A model generated the notes under the pieces. The model ran no database searches and was not told where the DNA came from. It saw nothing but the letters and a program-made list of their open reading frames with translations. Positions 33,496-39,367 of a DNA stretch of 39,367 bases are shown one piece after another; the first letter of the stretch is position 1, and every line of letters begins with the position of its first letter. Position numbers and translations under genes: made by a program. The DNA is from Squatina squatina (taxonomy: Eukaryota). The stretch lies in NCBI GenBank assembly GCA_031763465.1, contig JARFOE010000168.1, forward strand, positions 8,225,018-8,264,384. Direction: 5' to 3'.

Positions 33496-35099
33496 GTCAA
33501 GAGTATTGACGCTGATACCTGCACTCAAAACATTTAAATTTTAACTGCTTTGAGATGAGTGGTACACATGCATGAAACCATGCAATCTGAGTCTGGTAGC
33601 TGCAGTGTAAATCTCTCTTGTGCATTTATGCTGAGAAACGATTTGAAGAAGTAGTAGATCTGTGCTAGCTTTGGCTCCTGGGACATCTCAGTTTGGCAGA
33701 TTCTGCAACACTGCAGCAATAAATTTGCAATTTCATTTGTAACTGTGGATCTCCCATGATGGTTAAGGAAGGCCCATCAGGCCAGATCTTGGAAAACTGC
33801 TTCTTGAGCTGGATACCCTGCCTGATGGCAGCCAGAAAGAATGGCCAGTGCTCATTTCTCATGCTGTAATGGTGCAATCCACATTAACCATACAATCCTG
33901 GCATCGTAGTGGGGACTGTTGATGGCAAAAACAATAGAATTATCATGTTTGGAGCCTATTGCTCTGGGAAGAAGAGTTTTTGCCACAAATTTAATTAGGC
34001 ATAGACAGAATATAAACACAAAGTACAGTGGCTCAAAAAATTGCAATAGGAACTCTTTATCTAACTTATTTACTGTTACCTATTTTGGCCTCTAGATGCT
34101 GGCTTTAATTTATTTATCACTGCAAATAAATAAAAGTGCTTTATAAATATGTACAAGGAGGCATCCACAATTGTTGCCTTCTGGTGGATGAGTGTTTATG
34201 CTGCTTGCACTTTTTCCATTTTCATTTTGCAGTAGTCTACTCCTTAATTCAAAGTTACTTCATTCAAAATATCTGATGGTTCAATTATTTTAAGCAACAA
34301 ATTCTTCAATCCAGTGGGAGCAGTGTTCTTCATTTCTCCAGGCTTTTCTGCCTGCACTCAGGACAAACATTTGGAGCGCCCAATTGGTCTGCCTTGCGGT
34401 TGAATTGCTAGGGGACCAAAAACAGTGATTTTTGCACCCATTTTGTGCTACCCTGCTAAATCGCGGTATTCGGGTCTTTGATAAAAATTTTCGGGCAGCT
34501 TAAAAACTCGTGTAGAATTCAGCACTAATGGGTCCCTGATCGGCACTAATTGAACGTCACTGGTTTCAGCGGGCCAATTCAACAAACGATCTAAGGAGCT
34601 ACAATCATGTGTCAGGCCATCTCAGCCCTTAAAGGGGCTCGTTCTGNNNNNNNNNNNNNNNNNNNNNNNNNNNNNNNNNNNNNNNNNNNNNNNNNNNNNN
34701 NNNNNNNNNNNNNNNNNNNNNNNNNNNNNNNNNNNNNNNNNNNNNNAACAACAATTAACTAAACAACCAATGATGATTTATTTATTCTTTGGGTGTGGCC
34801 AGTTTTGTGGGCAGGGAAGGCTTTTGGCGCAATGGTATTAAACTAATGCGAACTCAATTTGCGCTTAAAATTTTGTAACTTTTTCTGCAAATTACACCGA
34901 TTTTTTTTTTTTTGCGCAGAAAAAAACAATAATTATATTACTCGCCTGCTCAAAATAACTCTTAAGTTCATGTATATACTACATTTATGTGCATCCTTTG
35001 TTTAAACAAACATTGGTGTTGGTCACTGTTTGAATTGCAGAATTAATTAACAGTGGACTGAAACTGTCTAAATTTATCATTTTATATGGGCTTTTTCAG

Positions 35100-35831
35100 A
35101 TGATAAACCTTCAAAATCTATGGGGTCTGCGAGAGCCAGGTGGCGAAATGAGGATGATACACTGATGGAGTCATGGAACTCTTTATTAAAGTTCAACAGG
35201 TCACAGCGAGGTCGTATATCCAACATGGATTTCGAGGGAGACATATTTGATGAGTTCTTGCAAGAACAAAAAATTGGAAGAGAAACAGGATTTAAATCCT
35301 TGCATCAGGAATCGGTGCAGGAAGCCAAAGAAGAGAAGGAAGAATATGCAACTGATCTTGATCGAGATGATGGAAGTGATTTTGAAATTCCAGTTTTGCC
35401 AAAAGGAAGTCATTTGATTATTAATATTACATCTACCTGGGGTGATAGACATTATGTTGGACTTAATGGGATTGAAATATTCAGTTCAAGTGGGAAANNN
35501 NNNNNNNNNNNNNNNNNNNNNNNNNNNNNNNNNNNNNNNNNNNNNNNNNNNNNNNNNNNNNNNNNNNNNNNNNNNNNNNNNNNNTTGATTGATGGTGTAA
35601 ACCGGACACAAGATGATATGCATCTCTGGCTAGCACCTTTCACTCCAGGAATGTCCCATCTGATCTATATTGACTTTGTAAATTCTTGTCACGTGGCCAT
35701 GATTCGAATTTGGAATTACAACAAATCAAGAATACATTCTTTCCGTGGTATTAAAGATGTTGAAATCTTGTTAAATGGAAAATTCATCTTTAGAGGAGAA
35801 ATAGCCAAGGCATCGGGCACCTTAAACGGAG
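35100..35831 (+). CDS. KATNIP: KATNIP large exon (contains an 87-N in-frame gap)
   Basis: STWGDRHYVGLNGIEIFS, LIDGVNRTQDDMHLWLAPFTPG and IRIWNYNKSRIHSFRG. TTTTTCAG acceptor and G|GTAAC donor. Confidence 0.93.
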
Positions 35832-37975
35832 GTAACGTTTTGATTCATACTGTATTTAAATGGGGTTGGTATAACTAGTTGAAAAAGCTTTTCTTATCCC
35901 TCAGTGGTTCCTGTATAGTTAGTATCGAACAAAATATTATGCAATAAGGATGCAGCATTGAATTTGGCTAACATAGATTCAGTATTAAATACATGCTCAT
36001 GCAATATTTAGAATCAACCCTTATTCAATATTTGACTTTCCATAAATTATTAATAAAATGATTTATGTTTCTCAAAGACCTCTACGGTTATATTGTGACA
36101 GTTTATGGGCAAGAATCGCATTGGCCAGCTACCCTACTTATCCAGTTTCCCACAACTTTACCTCAAAGCTTACAGGAACTAGTCTACTTTGAGCCATGTT
36201 ATAGTTTCATATTGAAATTTTTCTGTTTAATGTGTTGTGCTGTTAATTGAATAGAAAAGGCTACAAAATATTCTCAAGCAGTAACAGTTGCACAGTTGGC
36301 ATAAACAAAAATATGCCATATAACTGATGCGTTTCAACGAAGTTTAGCTTTATTTACTTTTAAGGGAAAAGCACAATGCAACCAGTTTACTTATTTGAAC
36401 TCCATATACTTGCTTTATATGTATTTATAGCCTAATAATTAGAATCTAATTTTACGTATTGAGAAACCTAATTTAAATTAGGTTTGATGAATGTCTGCAA
36501 ATAGATGCAAAGTATTATGTTTCTAGTGAAAATGTAAACTTTTTTTTTTTACTTTTCAGTATTTTAAGGTGTACTGTCTCAGCCAAAGGAAAAAAAATCC
36601 CTAAATCCTTTATACATTTTTCAATGACATTTAATTTGCATTAAATAATCAAAAAACAAAGCTTTCCATGAATTAGAAAAGAAAAATTGCTAAGTAACTG
36701 GAAGATCATGGAAAGGAAGCAGTAATGTTAAAATAAGCATATTTCAGTATTTTTTGTTTTGTCTGGGTACTTAAGATTCTTTCGAGCATTTGGCCGGGAG
36801 ATTGGACTTGCACCCAAAACGGGCAGCAAATCAATGGGATGATTGCATTGCTCGCCAGTCTGAACTGACCTGAGCCCTGAGCCAAATTCAACACTGGTGT
36901 GGGGTAGGAAGTGTTGCTAACCCTCTAGGATTGTCCTGGAGTCTCCAGGAATTGACAGTTAATCTCCAGGGCACTGCTGCAGGCAACCCATGAGACAAAA
37001 TCACAGGAACTTTAGATAAATTGTGTACTTTGTCATTTTTCTTTAAACACGTCTGGTCATTAGTTATAAAGTCAGTTAAATTGGAGTCAGTTAAAAAGGC
37101 TGTTCAGCTGTCGAGAATCAACCAACCAAGTCATGAAGAGTCTGTTTGCTTTCCAATTGACGTGGAAGGCGATGTGCCGTGAGGATGGACATGTCGGGTG
37201 ACCAATGGTGGGAGCACAGGGCGGGGCAGTGGGAAGCAAGACATCATGTAATGAAACTTCTAGGAATACATCCAACAAGTGTTGACAAACCTAGCTGGAG
37301 GGGAGGTTAAGCTACGTGGAGGGAGGCCTGCGGCACGCAATATTTTTGTGGTGCCAAGAGGAGCTCTCTTCCTCCTTCTAGCTCCACATAAATCGTACTT
37401 TGAAGAGGTTTTATGGCTTCTTTTTGAGCGGCCTTCAGCAATCCCTTTAAGGACTTCTGGTTAAATTGCTGAGCAACTGGTACAACAAGGCGGAGCCTAT
37501 TTATAAGTCTGCCTGAATATGGCATCAGACGGGCCTTCAGTGTCGATGGAGCAGCCGAGGTTCACCATCCCTCCCCAACCCCCACCTTTTCTGGCTGCCC
37601 ATTTTTCAGGTGTAAAACGACAGCTATTAATGGAATTTCTCCATCAATGTGTACAAAACTAATTACTATGCATTCCAAATATAGCTTTATTTACCAATGT
37701 TTTGCTCAAATAACTTTTTATTTTACTGATTAATTTATTTAAAGTCCTGAAATATACATGTACATACTCTTAAAAGTCAGGGAAATATGTCCTGTGTGTC
37801 TATGCTCTCTATGTAACTGGCAAGAATCAGCATGCAGGTGCTACNNNNNNNNNNNNNNNNNNNNNNNNNNNNNNNNNNNNNNNNNNNNNNNNNNNNNNNN
37901 NNNNNNNNNNNNNNNNNNNNNNNNNNNNNNNNNNNNNNNNNNNNCATTTGTTGGTTGCATTTTCTGTATTTTCAG

Positions 37976-38181
37976 CTTTGGAACAGTTTGGAGACACTAT
38001 ACTTTTCACCACAGATGATGAGATTCTAGATGCAATGTCCCAGTACGATGAAACATTTGCAGCTAATATTGATTATACTCAGTCACTCACATTTGAGGAA
38101 GAACTCAATAGACCTAGTACTGCAGATGATGGAGATGAGAGGCCATTCACACAGGCTGGCTTTCGGACAGAGGATGAACAG
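37976..38181 (+). CDS. KATNIP: KATNIP exon
   Basis: FGDTILFTTDDEILDA...RPSTADDGDERPFTQAG. Phase matches the previous exon; donor CAG|GTAAAT. Confidence 0.93.
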
Positions 38182-38247
38182 GTAAATAAGTCTTTAAGTT
38201 CTGCCTTCACTCGACAAAGCACTGTCTGTCACCCTCAATATACAATA

Positions 38248-38465
38248 GCTTCTGTACCACGTAATAGACTTGTTAGCAAAATTGAAGCCCATGGGGTTAA
38301 AGGGGTGGTGGCTGCAGAGATGCAAAATTGTCTACTGGACAGAGCGTAGAGAGTACAGCTGAACTTTCAGACTGGAGGGTAGTATGCAGTGGTGTCCCCC
38401 AGAAGTCAGTGTTCGGACAACAGCTCTTTTTGATGTATATTAATGACCTGGGCTTAGGTATGCAG
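38248..38465 (+). mobile_element. CR1 RT fragment
   Basis: VPRNRLVSKIEAHG and SDWRVVCSGVPQKSVFG..LFLMYINDL. Confidence 0.88.
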
Positions 38466-38799
38466 NNNNNNNNNNNNNNNNNNNNNNNNNNNNNNNNNNN
38501 NNNNNNNNNNNNNNNNNNNNNNNNNNNNNNNNNNNNNNNNNNNNNNNNNNNNNNNNNNNNNNNNNAGATCAGTAGCTACAGAATAATCAAACCCTCAATG
38601 TGAAGTAGACCAGTTTTTGCACCAGAAGACATGGTTGAAGCTTTAGGTCATATTTACATCTGTGTTTCCTTAATTGTTTTTCATCAGCATTCTGATGTAG
38701 GTTTGGGGATGGAATGTATTGTTTAATGAACCTGTATTTACTCTCTAACCTTGAATAGGCAAAAATTGTCCATGTTACCATTGATGGATACTGCATCTC

Positions 38800-38812
38800 G
38801 CCACCAGAGGGC
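38800..38812 (+). promoter_or_regulatory. Candidate CTCF core motif
   Basis: GCCACCAGAGGGC in apparently unique sequence. Motif match only. Confidence 0.4.
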
Positions 38813-39100
38813 TTCCTCATTCGGAAAGGTCCAGGCAAATGCCATTTTGACTTTGCTCAAGAAATTCTCTTCATAGATTATCTCCAGAAGAACAATGAAG
38901 TAGCAGCAAAACAGCAAATTGGGTAAAAATATTTCCGAACCATTATATTTTCTCTTATACCTTCATACTATCAAAATCATGTTTCTTCTTTGAACTGGTT
39001 ATACTTAAAACAAGTTTAAGAAGGCCACCAAGTTGATTCTGAATTTCTTACAACTCTAATAGCTTTAAAACTATTAAATTAATCAACACTAGGATACATT

Positions 39101-39367
39101 GGCCCTGAAATTTCTGTCGGAGCCTTCCTGTGGGCACAGGCTTCCGACTGGGAAGATTTCTCCGAAAGTACCTGATGGTCTGGTAGGTTCACAGCCTTGC
39201 GTTCCTGGGCTTCTGTGTGAACGTCAGCGTAGAGGCCGATTTGCAGACGCTGCTAGGATCATATGGGAGGCTCCAGCCAATCAAGGTAGCAGTCTCCCCA
39301 TTCATACATCTGCTGATCTCTGAATATGCAGACATCAGTAGAAGTATGAATGGAGATACCAATAAAC
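39101..39367. mobile_element. Probable Harbinger-like MITE end
   Basis: Abrupt GC rise at ggccctgaaatttc, with subterminal inverted repeat gtcggagcct/aggcttccgac. Confidence 0.45.

Noticed and set aside
38587-38838. Minus-strand 83-aa ORF
   Set aside because: No recognisable homology or convincing exon boundaries.

Overview
Fragmentary vertebrate genomic scaffold, almost certainly from a cartilaginous fish. The evidence is a SacSINE1/Deu-type SINE, HER1-like CR1 3' tails and GC-rich Harbinger-type elements. Short contigs are joined mostly by arbitrary 100-N gaps, so many exons are missing and distances are compressed. Recognisable host exons, in order: globin Y-like exon 2 (-), ENPP7-like exon (+), EEF2KMT exon (+), five IFT70/TTC30 exons (-), two GSG1L exons (+) and four KATNIP exons (+). 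Several of these genes map to human 16p. The rest is mostly decayed transposons: an RTE LINE with a 5' inversion, L2, CR1, Tx1, an internally deleted endogenous retrovirus with a tRNA-Ser primer site, and PIF/Harbinger MITEs plus a Myb/SANT-coding copy. I found no convincing wholly new biological system. The best leads are the ERV, globin Y, the ENPP7-EEF2KMT linkage and the inverted RTE. Family assignments come from recalled motifs, not database searches.
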